64,000 nt of DNA, from positions 1,248,001-1,312,000 of the forward strand of contig CAVVHE010000004.1 of the NCBI GenBank assembly GCA_963748015.1. The letters run 5' to 3'. Of the stretch, positions 29,897 to 39,912 are shown piece by piece. Every line of letters begins with the position of its first letter. Position 1 is the stretch's first letter. The notes below the pieces were generated by a model. The model saw only the letters and a program-made list of their open reading frames with translations, made no database searches and was not told the DNA's origin. This stretch comes from Terriglobia bacterium (GTDB lineage: Bacteria; Acidobacteriota; Polarisedimenticolia; Polarisedimenticolales; JAIQFR01). A program made the translations under genes and the position numbers.

Positions 29897-31009
29897 TCAC
29901 AGGATCCTCCGCTTCACCAGGACGACGTCGTTCGCCTCGAGCGGCGGGTCCGGCGTTTCTCGCGACTCGACCTTGTTCAAATTCACGCGGATCTCGTTCG
30001 TCTTGTCGCCGGCCTTTCTCAGGATCCTCACTTCACGCTTGCTCGCCCAATCCGTGAGCCCCTCGGACATCGAGATCGCTTGCAGGAGCGTCAGCCCCTT
30101 CGCGAGAACGAGCCGGCCCTGCCGCCGCACCTCGCCCTGCATGAAAACGTACAGGGGCTCCTGGACCGAGAGCACGTCGCCGTCCTTCGGCACGGGAGCG
30201 TCGGCCGCCTCGAGCTCGGCGCTGAGCAGGTGGATCTTCTCTCCGCTCCCTCCCGTCCGGCTCAGGACGATCTCCTGGCCGGGCACCAGCGCGACACCCG
30301 CCTCGGAGAGGACGTCCTTGAGGGTCATGGCCGGGTGCAGGGAGACGCGCGAGGAGCGGGCGACGGACCCGGTGACGTAGACGAACTGGCTCTGGTAGTT
30401 CTTGACCGTGACGGTGACCTTGGGATCCACGAGATAGTCCTTCTCGAGGATGCGGGTCAGCTCCAGGGTCAGGGTGGCCTCCGTTCGGCCCGCGGCGGGG
30501 ACGGCTCCCACGAGCGGGAGCATCACCGTACCGTCCGGCCCAACGGTGAACTCGCCGGAGAGGTCCTGGTTCTTGTACACGGCGAGCGACAGGACGTCCC
30601 CGACGCCGATGAGGTAGGCAGACCCGGACGCGGGCGCGGGCTGGCCCGCGAGGCCGAGCCGGAGGGTCAGCGTGTCCCCCGCGGCCCGGACGGATTCGAG
30701 GGTGGCGCCGGCCTTCTCGACGCGAACGATCGTCCCCCATTCCTCCTTCACGAGCCTCACCCCTTCGAACGGAGCCGCCTCGAAACTCACGTTCTCGAGC
30801 CGGATCTCGACCCCCCAGGGTTGGGCCGAGGCCTCGAAGCGGGGTGCCGCGCCGCCGAAGCTCAGGACGAGCGTCCCGCTCCCCTGCTGCGGTCCTTCGC
30901 GCCACTCCACCTTGGACAGTCCTACCGGCGAGGCGAGAGCCATCCCCGCGGCCGCGGCCGTGACCGCCAACCACACCGCGAACCGGGCCATTCTCAGCTT
31001 CGCATTCAC
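29897..31009 (-). CDS. wza: Polysaccharide export protein (Poly_export + SLBB domains) with an extra N-terminal domain
   Basis: YLIGVGDVLSLAVY....LSGEFTVGPDG.V.LPLVG, YLVDPKVTV.V, VYVTGSV, VFMQGEV, LTLLQAIS..EG, DP.L..NDVV.V. GTG at 31009 chosen from the upstream purine-rich RBS. Confidence 0.88.
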   Translation of the reverse strand: MNAKLRMARFAVWLAVTAAAAGMALASPVGLSKVEWREGPQQGSGTLVLSFGGAAPRFEASAQPWGVEIRLENVSFEAAPFEGVRLVKEEWGTIVRVEKAGATLESVRAAGDTLTLRLGLAGQPAPASGSAYLIGVGDVLSLAVYKNQDLSGEFTVGPDGTVMLPLVGAVPAAGRTEATLTLELTRILEKDYLVDPKVTVTVKNYQSQFVYVTGSVARSSRVSLHPAMTLKDVLSEAGVALVPGQEIVLSRTGGSGEKIHLLSAELEAADAPVPKDGDVLSVQEPLYVFMQGEVRRQGRLVLAKGLTLLQAISMSEGLTDWASKREVRILRKAGDKTNEIRVNLNKVESRETPDPPLEANDVVLVKRRIL

Positions 31010-31031
31010 GAAAGTCGTCCCCCGTCTCCCG

Positions 31032-32258
31032 TCAGCTCCCGATACGCAGGAGGGCTCCGTAGCGAGTGACGCGATAGTCAAAACCCGGCTCCGTCGAGTC
31101 GCGGCGGCCCTTGGACAGGTACACGCGGCACTCCATCCAGCCGTGGTACCTGTAGCCCGCCCAGATCTCCGCGTTGCCGACCCGGTCCGTGCGGGTCGAG
31201 GTGTCGCTCGGAAAATCGTTGACGTAGTAGTAGGCGGTAACCCCGAGCGAAAGCGTCGCGAGGTTTCCGGTGGACGCTTCCACGTGGTACTGCGTGCTCA
31301 GGTAGTAGGGTTCCACGTCTTCGGCGTCGACGAGCAGCGGGTACACCACGCGAGCGAAACCGAATTCGACCGTCTCGCCCGTGGGGCGCGTCCATCGGAC
31401 GTTGGCGTTTCCCACGACGCCCCGGAACGCGCCGCTGGCGTCGCCGGTGAAGCGGGTCCGTGACCAGCCCGCGAGCGCGTTCAATACGGTCGCCGGGCTG
31501 AGGAGAAACCGGGTGCCCACGCGCAGATTGTCGTCGTCCTCGTAGATGCTCGCCCCCTCTCTGTATTCGGGCGGCCACGTGAGGTGCGTCCTGGCGAAGT
31601 TGCCCTCCCAGAGCATCCACGTCCTCATCCCGAGCCGGTGCTCGCCGGAAAGCTTGCCGTGGTACTCCTCGGCGTCGTAGATCCCGGAGAGCCGGTCGCC
31701 GAGCACGTTGCGAACGTCCCGGCCGAAGGACAGGGCGATCCTCTTCGTCGAGGTCCGCTCGAGGGCCAGCTCCGCTTCGGTCGCGTTCAGCTCGTAGCGC
31801 TCCCCACGGAAGATCAGGTTCCCGCCGGGGTCGACCCCGAGGGTGTCGAGCATCCCGCGCTGGTAGTCTTCCTTCAGGCTCAGCTCGAATCCGCTGCCGA
31901 ACTTCAGCCGCGCGTTGCCCACGAAATAGTGCGAGTCGTTCGTCTCGATCCCGACGGTGTGGTAGTCGCGACGGGAGCCGACGTATCCCAGTCGGACGCT
32001 GCTGTTCGAGAACGGCATGTCGGCGATCACGCCGGGGGCGATCGTCGTGATGTTCGCCGCCTGGACGTCGCTGCTCAGCATGAAGAGGTTGTCCGTTCGC
32101 TCCACGCTGCTCGAGAAGAGCGGGTAGAGGAAGACCCGGCCGACGGGGATCGCAGTGGCCTCGGACGGACTGTCGGGAACCTGCCCCAGGACCGCCTGAC
32201 CGCTCGCAAGAGTCCCCACGAGCAGCGCGCCGGCCAAGGATCCGCGACGAGAGAGCAC
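31032..32258 (-). CDS. Outer-membrane beta-barrel protein, polysaccharide-export associated
   Basis: Signal peptide, TDNLF motif, alternating amphipathic beta-strands, C-terminal RRDSTEPGFDYRVTRYGALLRIGS. Directly upstream of wza. Confidence 0.75.
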   Translation of the reverse strand: MLSRRGSLAGALLVGTLASGQAVLGQVPDSPSEATAIPVGRVFLYPLFSSSVERTDNLFMLSSDVQAANITTIAPGVIADMPFSNSSVRLGYVGSRRDYHTVGIETNDSHYFVGNARLKFGSGFELSLKEDYQRGMLDTLGVDPGGNLIFRGERYELNATEAELALERTSTKRIALSFGRDVRNVLGDRLSGIYDAEEYHGKLSGEHRLGMRTWMLWEGNFARTHLTWPPEYREGASIYEDDDNLRVGTRFLLSPATVLNALAGWSRTRFTGDASGAFRGVVGNANVRWTRPTGETVEFGFARVVYPLLVDAEDVEPYYLSTQYHVEASTGNLATLSLGVTAYYYVNDFPSDTSTRTDRVGNAEIWAGYRYHGWMECRVYLSKGRRDSTEPGFDYRVTRYGALLRIGS

Positions 32259-32295
32259 ACGATCCCCCCATCATCACCAAAACAAATAAGTTAGC

Positions 32296-33453
32296 TTATG
32301 TCGGGTGGGTCGTCAACGCGGACGAGGAACCGGCCGCCGCCCGGTCGTCCCCTCCCCCGGTCGAGCGCCGCCGGGAGAGCTTCGCGACGAGCTTGATGAG
32401 CGCGACGCTGCCGATCGAGAGGGAGAGGGTCAGCAGGGCCACGACGACGCTGTTCTGGACCATCACGAGATAGCCGGACAGCGCGAAGAGCGAGGCGATC
32501 AGGTACAAGGCGAGGACCGCCCGGCGCGGCGAGAGCCCCAGGTCGAGGAGGTTGTGGTGCACGTGTCCGCGGTCGGCGCGGGAGATTCGCCGGAAGAACC
32601 GCAGCGGCACGGGCCCCCGCTCCCCGCCGTCGCGCCGCGCCCGCCGGGCGATGCTGGTCGCGAGGTCCAGGAGCGGCAAGCCCATGATCATCAAGGGCAC
32701 CAGGATCGCCACGGTGGTGGTGCTCTTCTGGGAGCCGCGAATCGAGATCACCGCGAGGGCGAAGCCGAGGAACTGGCTTCCGCCGTCACCCATGAAGATC
32801 CGGGCCGGCGCGAAGTTGTAGCGCAGGAAGCCGAGGAGGGCTCCGCCGAGACCGGCCGCGCAGATCAGCACGCCGAAGGAGTCGTTGAGGATCGCCAGCG
32901 ACCCGACGCTCGCGGTGACGATGAGAGCCAACCCTCCCGCCAGCCCGTCGAGGCCGTCGATCAGGTTCATCGCGTTCGTCACCAGGACGATCCACGCGAA
33001 CGTGAGGAGGGAGTTCACGATGCCGAGATGGACGACCCCCACGACCGGGAGCGTCATCGTTCCGGCCTCGACGCCGGTGCCCACCACGAGCGCGGCGGCG
33101 ACGGCCTGGAAGGCGAACTTCGCGAGCGGGCGAAACTGGTAGATGTCGTCGAGCGTCCCCGCGACGAAGATCACCAGGGTCCCGAGACCCACGCCGTACC
33201 AGGGGAATCCGTGAGAGAGATCCAGCAGCCGGAACGCGCGCCCCGTCAGCAGGACACTGGCCCCGATCCCCGCGGCTGCGCCGAGGAAGATCCCGATGCC
33301 GCCGAGGCGCGGAATGGCTCCCCGATGAACCCTTCGCCCGCCGGGCAAGTCCACCGCGCCGAGGTGTTCCGCGAGGCGGATCACCGCGGGCATGATGCTC
33401 AAGCTGACGACCAGCGAGAGGACGAAGCTGACGAGATAGCCTAGTTCGCGCAC
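32296..33453 (-). CDS. wecA: Undecaprenyl-phosphate N-acetylhexosamine-1-phosphate transferase (WecA/MraY family), initiating glycosyltransferase
   Basis: VD.P..RRVH...IPRLGG, GTLDD, TNAMNLIDGLDGLAGG, FL.YNF.PA.IFMGDGGS.FLG, ADRGHVHH.L. Confidence 0.9.
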   Translation of the reverse strand: MRELGYLVSFVLSLVVSLSIMPAVIRLAEHLGAVDLPGGRRVHRGAIPRLGGIGIFLGAAAGIGASVLLTGRAFRLLDLSHGFPWYGVGLGTLVIFVAGTLDDIYQFRPLAKFAFQAVAAALVVGTGVEAGTMTLPVVGVVHLGIVNSLLTFAWIVLVTNAMNLIDGLDGLAGGLALIVTASVGSLAILNDSFGVLICAAGLGGALLGFLRYNFAPARIFMGDGGSQFLGFALAVISIRGSQKSTTTVAILVPLMIMGLPLLDLATSIARRARRDGGERGPVPLRFFRRISRADRGHVHHNLLDLGLSPRRAVLALYLIASLFALSGYLVMVQNSVVVALLTLSLSIGSVALIKLVAKLSRRRSTGGGDDRAAAGSSSALTTHPT

Positions 33454-33597
33454 CCGGGTTCTCCGAAACGGTCCGAGACTATATACGGTGATCCCGCCGT
33501 TCTGCCCGTCGGAACGGCAGAAAACCGGGCCGAGCGGAGCCAAGCCTTTAATCTGTCTGGATTTACGGCCTCGACCCCGCGCCCGGACGGACCGGGT

Positions 33598-34419
33598 TCA
33601 CTCCCGGTCCATCCGTCGTTGCCTCCGGTCCAAGAAATCGTAGCCCCCGGCGAGGCGCCACCTCAGCTGCCGGGGCCCGTCCCCCGCCTCGAGGGTGAGG
33701 CGCCGCAAGACCAGCGGGTCGGTCCCGGGCGGATTCTGCCCGACCCGTCCCGAGCAGGCGGCGGATATCCCGGCCCGCGCCACGGCCGACCGCGCTCGCG
33801 GGCTGTAGCGGCCGTTGGGGTAGCAGAAATGAGAGGGCCGGACGCCGGTGAGGTCCTCGATCCTCCGAGCGCACTCGCCGAGCTCGCTCGCGATGTCCGG
33901 GTCGGAGAGCGCGGTCAAGTCCCTGTGGGTATGGGTGTGGTTGCCGAGGGCGACGCCCATCTCCAGCATCCGGGGCAGCTCCGAGGACGTCACGTAGGGG
34001 CGCCGGTCGAGGTAGGAGGTCGCGACGAACACCGTCGCCGGCCAGCCCCGCCGGGCCAGCTCGGGGAACGCGCCGGAGAGATTGCTCGCCCAGCCGTCGT
34101 CGAACGTGATCGCGAGGATCGGCTCCCCGGGGGGCGTCGCTTGGCGCACCGCCCGCGCGACGTCGTCGAGGGGAACGACCCGGTAGCCGAGGTCCTCGAC
34201 CAGCGCCATCTGCCCCGCGAAATCGAGCCACCACGGATGGGAAGGGTCCGCTTCCGTCGTGTGATACGCGAGGACCGCCGCGCCGCGGGCGGGATTCGAG
34301 GGCGAACGGCCCAGCGCGGAAAGGAATGCGATCGATCGCTTAACGAATTGCCGGACCGGCCGGGCTCTGGGCGGTCCCATGCCCCCCCAGCGCGGGTCCC
34401 AGCTCGGAGTTTCCGCCAC
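33598..34419 (-). CDS. Polysaccharide deacetylase (NodB/CE4 family)
   Basis: VLAYH, AITFDDGW, GNHTHTH, FCYPNG. GTG start preceded by AGGAG. Confidence 0.88.
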   Translation of the reverse strand: MAETPSWDPRWGGMGPPRARPVRQFVKRSIAFLSALGRSPSNPARGAAVLAYHTTEADPSHPWWLDFAGQMALVEDLGYRVVPLDDVARAVRQATPPGEPILAITFDDGWASNLSGAFPELARRGWPATVFVATSYLDRRPYVTSSELPRMLEMGVALGNHTHTHRDLTALSDPDIASELGECARRIEDLTGVRPSHFCYPNGRYSPRARSAVARAGISAACSGRVGQNPPGTDPLVLRRLTLEAGDGPRQLRWRLAGGYDFLDRRQRRMDRE

Positions 34420-35899
34420 CGGTGTCTCCTATTCCCGCGGGCGCTGGCTCGCCGGCGGCGGCCGATTCCGCCGCCCCCCCGTAGTCGAGGTTGAAGAAGG
34501 CGAGCGACGCGATCAACGGCACGTAGGTCATACCCCAAAAGGCGAGCATGCTCGCCATCTCGCCCCGGACCTCTCCGAGGCCCATCAGGAACAACGCGGG
34601 GAACAGCACGCGGGCGGGCCGGGTCTGCAATCCGCCCCGCATCCCGGTCACCGCGTAAACCGCCACGACTCTGCAGGCCACGCCCATCAGCAGACCGCCC
34701 AGGATGATTCCCGGCCAGCCGAGGTTGACGTAGAAATCCCCCAGCATCGTCGGGGCGAGGCTCAACCCCTGCGTGGGGTCGAAGAAGGGCCCGACGAAAT
34801 AGCGCGTGATCTCCTTGCCCATCCCGACGGGTTTTCCGGGCCACAGCGCGCGAGGGATCGGGCCGAGAAGCGTGACGAGAAGCGTCTGCCCGTAGCGGAA
34901 CGGCTCGGCCTGAGGGAAGATCTCCCAGATCATGCACACCGTCGAGAACGGGTCGGCCATCGACTGGAAGAACGCGATGCCCGCGTCCTGGCTCTGGATG
35001 CGCCTCGGGTCGGCCCCCGTTCCGCCGATCAGCTCCAGGACGGGACGATGGCGGATCGCCCCCCAGACGGAGAAGAACACCAGGAGCAGCGCCAGGGTCC
35101 CGGCGATCTTGACCTTCGAGACGGCGCCGGCCCCCTTCCGGAGCATCATCATCGCCACGAGGCCGAAAAAGAGGTAGAGCAGGTATTTCCGGACACCGAA
35201 CACGATCCCGAAGTAGACCAGGTTGAACGCCATGAGGCCGCCGAAGAACGCGACCCCCGCCCGGGACCGCTTCGGCGCGTGCATGAGCCGCCACGCCACG
35301 AGCATCGTCGCGACGACGATGCCGTTCTGGAAGAGCAGGAAGATCGCGCTGCCCTGCACGAAGACGCCGTAGGCCTGGCTGAAGCGGGCGATCAGACCGC
35401 CCTGGTACTCGACCCAGGCGATGCACCCCGCGACGCAGACGATCACGCTCGCAATCTCGATCCAGAGGCCGGGCAACTTGCGGGAGGACCGGGCGAAGAC
35501 CGGCAGATGGCTCGCGACGATCTCGCCCAGCCGCTGCTGGTAGCCGACGATCATCGCGGCCAGCATCAGGCAGAACGCCGCAAGAACGACGAGCGGCGTC
35601 GTGGGCTGGACGGGACGGGCGAAGGCGAGGTGCGACAGGCCGAGACCGAAGGCGACGACGGCGATGGGCCCGATGATGAAGAACTGGACGAGGAACAGGC
35701 ACTGCAGGGCGAAGGGGTCGCAGAAAAGAGCGAGCTGCTTCACGGGGCGCATGACGATCCCGCACACGATCAGGCTAGCCGCGACGGTCACCAGCAGCAC
35801 GACCTGCACGAGCAGCGCGTCCGCGATCTGCTCGAGGAGCAGCACGGCCGGCAACGCTAGCAGCGTCGCCGCGAGCAGCAGGAGCGCGGTTCTCTTCAT
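34340..35899 (-). CDS. wzy: O-antigen/EPS polymerase (Wzy-like integral membrane protein)
   Basis: About 11-12 TM segments, G.RK, FRYGQT......PIPRALWPGKP, PTMLGDFYVNLGWPG. Confidence 0.75.
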   Translation of the reverse strand: MKRTALLLLAATLLALPAVLLLEQIADALLVQVVLLVTVAASLIVCGIVMRPVKQLALFCDPFALQCLFLVQFFIIGPIAVVAFGLGLSHLAFARPVQPTTPLVVLAAFCLMLAAMIVGYQQRLGEIVASHLPVFARSSRKLPGLWIEIASVIVCVAGCIAWVEYQGGLIARFSQAYGVFVQGSAIFLLFQNGIVVATMLVAWRLMHAPKRSRAGVAFFGGLMAFNLVYFGIVFGVRKYLLYLFFGLVAMMMLRKGAGAVSKVKIAGTLALLLVFFSVWGAIRHRPVLELIGGTGADPRRIQSQDAGIAFFQSMADPFSTVCMIWEIFPQAEPFRYGQTLLVTLLGPIPRALWPGKPVGMGKEITRYFVGPFFDPTQGLSLAPTMLGDFYVNLGWPGIILGGLLMGVACRVVAVYAVTGMRGGLQTRPARVLFPALFLMGLGEVRGEMASMLAFWGMTYVPLIASLAFFNLDYGGAAESAAAGEPAPAGIGDTGGGNSELGPALGGHGTAQSPAGPAIR

Positions 35900-35993
35900 T
35901 TCGCCTCGGCAACGGGGCCTCGGGCAATATACCCCGCGGGCGCCGGTGGAACCACCTCGCCCCGCGCCGCTCGTCCTGCGCGGGAGGGACGTT

Positions 35994-37474
35994 TCACGCC
36001 GGGCGGAGGAGCCTCCGCGCGATACCCCGTGCTTCGTCGAGGGTAACCCGCCCCGCGAGCGCGAACACGGCCAGGAAGCCCGCGAAGAGGCCGGCCGCCA
36101 CCAGCCTTCCCGGGTCGAGCCAGATCGAGGCGGCGGCCGCGCCCGCTCCGACCACCCAGGCGGCGTGGACTCGGGAAGGCACCCGCGCGCCGAGGCGCAG
36201 TCGGAGCACGAGGATGATCGCCGTCTGCTGGATCAACGCTCCGGCGGTCGCGGCGGCGGCCGCGCCGTGCAGACCGAACGCCGGGACCAGGGCCGCGAGC
36301 AGGGCGAACGTCGAGACCACGTAGACGACGGAGGCCAGGACGTATGCGCGGAACGCTCCCAGCGCGACGGCCATGCCGATCCCCAGGTACACCAGGGGAC
36401 CCGCCAGGCTCGACACCGCCAGTATCCGCAGGAGGTTCCTGTGCTCGACGAAGCCCGGACCGAAGACCGCCATCGCGTCCCGCGCGTACAGGATGAACGC
36501 CAGGCTCGCGGGAACGATGAACAGGTAGGCGGCCTTCATCGCGCTCTCCGCCTTGCGGAGCACGTCCTCGCGGAGGCCGGCGACCTCGAGCGTCGAGAGG
36601 CCTGGCGCGATCACCGACGAGAGCATCACCGGCACGAGCGAGAGGAGCGCGGGGTACCGCATCGCACCGTAGAGATAGCCGAGCGACGTGACGTCGAGCC
36701 AGAGGAGCACGAACGACGGAGCCAGGCTGGTGTAGACGAACGTGACGACCGTCTCGAGGTGCGTGTAGAGCACCACGTACCAGAAGCCGGCAGGCAGCAG
36801 CCAGCGCATCGGGGCCCGGTGCGCGAACTCGGGGGTGCGCCCGACCGAAAACACGCCGACGAGCGCCGCTCCCCCGTAGATCGCCAGGGCCGCCCGCCAG
36901 AGGTAGCCGGCCGGATCGGAGGCCAGGGTGCCGCGAAAGACCGTGATGCCGCACAGCGCCGCGAGGAAGAACCCCACGATGACCGACTTCAGCGTCACGG
37001 CGGCCCGAGGGGCCTCGAGAGAGGCGAAGAGGAAGTGACACGAGAACGCGTAGAGCACGACCGCGACGCAGAACGCGAACGCCAGCGGAACCGGCGGCTC
37101 CCCGAAATGCCGGAGCAGAGACTCCACCAGCCCGGGCGCCGCCGGAAGGGCGACGACGCCCACCCCGACGAACAATCCCAGCACGATGAGGGTGTACGAA
37201 ACGAGGAATCGGAAGCGGTCCTCGCGCCGCAGGGCCGGCACGAAGCGCGTGAACACGTAGGCCCCCCCAGCACGAAGAAGGTGTGGAAGCCCTGTACGAA
37301 GACGTTGATGGCGCCGAAGTAGCCCAGCGCCTTAGGGGAGACTCGGCCCATGACCATGTTCGTGAAGAAGGAGAGGGGAAGGGTGAACAGGTTCAGCAGA
37401 AGGACCCACCGCACCCCGGAAACCGAGCGCCGGGTCACCTCGCCGCTGAGATCCGCCGCCGGGGTCCGGGACAC
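35994..37474 (-). CDS. wzx: Second polysaccharide flippase (Wzx), frameshifted at about 37262-37268
   Basis: N-terminus VTRRSVSGVRW..., MGRVSP.ALGYF joins ORF 35994..37256 if one base is added to the C7 run (LGGAYVFTRFVP). Multi-TM; LG.LYGA, P.FGL.GAA.A. Confidence 0.8.
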
Positions 37475-37491
37475 GTGATCCCTCTCCTCGC

Positions 37492-38643
37492 TCACGACGC
37501 CTCGTATTCGAGGAAGAACAAGCTGCCGTCCCCGTCGTACGGGCAGGCGTACCAGGCGTCTTCCCGCCGGAGAGCCGCGGCGAGGAACGGGTCGGCCGCG
37601 TTGTAGAAGTACGGGGAGTCCGGAATGCGCCGGACGAGCGGCCTCCCCGCGAGGAAGCGCGAGCGGACCACACCGGGGAAACCGATCATCTCCAGAAGGT
37701 GCACCCCGTCCGCTCCGGCGGCATCGAAGGACGCGGCGAACAGCGCGTCGAGTATCTCCGCGTCGTCGCGCTCCGCCACGACGTCGGCCACCCTCGTCCT
37801 GAGCAGTCCGGAGACCTTGTCGTCCATCCGGAGCAGCGCCGCGTATCCCACCAGCGCGCCCGACCGGCGGGCGCAGAGGACGCTCACCTTGCCCGCGATC
37901 GTCGGGCCCCCGAAGTGCCAGCGGAGAATCCGCGAGCTGCGGCAGGACAGCAGCTGCTGGACCTCCGCCGATTTCCGTTCCCAGAGGTCGTCGAATTCTG
38001 CCCCGAACTCGATGCCCGGGAGCCGGCCGACCTCGATGCCTCGCCCGCCGCGCACCGGTCCCCTGCCTCGGAGCGCGCCGTCGAGACGCAGCGCGGCGCC
38101 GGCGAAGGGCGCCGCGGCTCGCGACAGCCAGGGCGGAACGCCGCGCTTCCGGAGCACCGCGCCGGCAGCGCCGGCCGCATCGAGAGTCCACGACAGCACG
38201 GTGACGTAGTCGCAGGGGACTTCGTACGCCTGCGCTTTTCGCATGAGGCGCGCCGCGTAAGGGCTGCAGGTCGTGAAGACGGTCAGGTCGACGTCCCTCT
38301 GGTTCCTGCAGGCGGAAGTCAGTTCGAGACCGTAACCGGCGCCGCGGCAGGCGGGGTCGACGACCAGCGCGGTCGCCGCGCCGACGCGCACGGCCCGGTT
38401 TCCGAAGCGGTAGGACTCCGGAATGCTCCCGAAGTATCCCAGGATCTCGCCGCCGCGCTCCACGACGAATCCGAGGGCCGGGGCCGGATCGAAATCCTCG
38501 AGAGCCGGGTTCGCGTCGAACAGCCAGCGCCAAGTGGCCTCGGTCGTGCGGCCCCAGCCGCTCCTTTCCTTGAGCGCGGCGATTCCATCGAAGTCCGCGA
38601 GCGTCGCCTCCCTGAGGTCGCCCCGCCCGTCCTTCGTCTTCAT
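37492..38643 (-). CDS. GNAT-like hypothetical protein (polysaccharide-associated)
   Basis: LREAT.AD...I, W.WLF..NP, LVVDPACRGAG, RS...LRWHF. Same layout as the GNAT at 19733. Confidence 0.65.
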   Translation of the reverse strand: MKTKDGRGDLREATLADFDGIAALKERSGWGRTTEATWRWLFDANPALEDFDPAPALGFVVERGGEILGYFGSIPESYRFGNRAVRVGAATALVVDPACRGAGYGLELTSACRNQRDVDLTVFTTCSPYAARLMRKAQAYEVPCDYVTVLSWTLDAAGAAGAVLRKRGVPPWLSRAAAPFAGAALRLDGALRGRGPVRGGRGIEVGRLPGIEFGAEFDDLWERKSAEVQQLLSCRSSRILRWHFGGPTIAGKVSVLCARRSGALVGYAALLRMDDKVSGLLRTRVADVVAERDDAEILDALFAASFDAAGADGVHLLEMIGFPGVVRSRFLAGRPLVRRIPDSPYFYNAADPFLAAALRREDAWYACPYDGDGSLFFLEYEAS

Positions 38644-38645
38644 CG

Positions 38646-39908
38646 CTATCTCCCCGAAGCCTCGCCCGCCCAGCGCTCGAGAACCTTGTCGTCCGGATTG
38701 TCCCTCGCCCAGGTCCGTACCAGGTTGTCCGCGGTGCTGTTCCGGCCGAGCCTGCGGTAGAGGTCCACGAGGGCCCGGGCGAGCGGGAGGCTGTCCGTCG
38801 GGAGGACAAAGCCTTCGCGAATCGTCCGTTCTGCGAGATCGATCTCCCCCGCCTTCTCGCACGCGAGAGCCGCCTGGACACGCAGCCCCTCGTCCGCCGG
38901 CTCCTCGCGAAGGCTCTCGCGCAGCACGGGGCACGCCTCCGCGGGTCGATCGAGGCGAAGCGCTATCGCGCCGATCCTGCGTCCGACCGCCCCCCCCGGG
39001 AACCCCTCGTCCCTCGCCTGCCGAAGGCTCGCGATCGCCTCCTCCGGGTTTCCCACGGCTTCGAGGGCCGCGCCTAGCTCGAAGGACGCGTAGTAGCGCT
39101 CGTAGTCGTTCGTCGCGTCCGTGTGCGCCGCACGGAGATGCGCCACGGCGGTCTCGGCGTCGCCCTGAGCCAGGGCGAACTTCCCCACCTCGCGGTGCAG
39201 CATGCTCCGCTCGAACGCCGGGGATTTCGAGATCCCCTCCTCGAGTCCCTTGAGCACCGCCCTGTAGAGCGGAGCGACGAGCCGTTTGCTCGCCCAGAAA
39301 TGGAACGCCGGCGCGGGCATCATTCTCGCCGACTCGACGTAGACCCCCTCCGCGCGCTCGACGGCGCCGGTGAACTCGTAGATCGCCGCGAGGGTGTCCA
39401 GCTGCTCGTATCCCTTGGGCTTGAGGAAGATGCCCGTCTTCGCGGCCGCGTACGCTATTGCGTAAGACGCGTCCATGATCCCCTGGCTCCGCCGCTCCAT
39501 CTGCGCGAGGTCGATCCCGTTCTCGAGGTCGCGAAGACGTACCTGCCTCGTCGCGACCTCCGCGAGCCCGCTCCACGACCACGCGTCCACGGGGCAGCGG
39601 AGCACGGCGCCGGCGTAGCCGTTCCATGCCATGTCGAGGGCCGCCTCCTTCTCGCGGAGACCGCCGGGCTCGTCGCGGTGGACCTCGTAGTACGACATCC
39701 CCGCGTCGCCCATCCAGGACCAGATCTGCGAGTCGGACGCGGAGACGTCGCGGGCCAAGCCGAACTCCCGCGCCGCCTCGAGCCAGCGCGCCTCGCCGAA
39801 CTCCCGGATCCCCGCCGCGCGGTGCCGGTCGAAACGGGTCAGCCTCGCGGCCTGCCAGCCCTGAAGCAGGACCACGAGGATCGCCAGCAGGCGGATCGCC
39901 CAGCGCAC
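38646..39908 (-). CDS. Tetratricopeptide-repeat protein with N-terminal membrane anchor
   Basis: Hydrophobic N-terminus and repeated TPR-like helices (ELGAALEAVGNPEEAIASLRQA, LARALVDLYRRLG). Confidence 0.7.
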   Translation of the reverse strand: MRWAIRLLAILVVLLQGWQAARLTRFDRHRAAGIREFGEARWLEAAREFGLARDVSASDSQIWSWMGDAGMSYYEVHRDEPGGLREKEAALDMAWNGYAGAVLRCPVDAWSWSGLAEVATRQVRLRDLENGIDLAQMERRSQGIMDASYAIAYAAAKTGIFLKPKGYEQLDTLAAIYEFTGAVERAEGVYVESARMMPAPAFHFWASKRLVAPLYRAVLKGLEEGISKSPAFERSMLHREVGKFALAQGDAETAVAHLRAAHTDATNDYERYYASFELGAALEAVGNPEEAIASLRQARDEGFPGGAVGRRIGAIALRLDRPAEACPVLRESLREEPADEGLRVQAALACEKAGEIDLAERTIREGFVLPTDSLPLARALVDLYRRLGRNSTADNLVRTWARDNPDDKVLERWAGEASGR

Positions 39909-39912
39909 GGCC

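Noticed and set aside
34340..34480. 80-nt overlap of the wzy tail with the deacetylase start, near C7 runs
   Set aside because: Both proteins have complete cores. I cannot distinguish a real short overlap from another homopolymer error.
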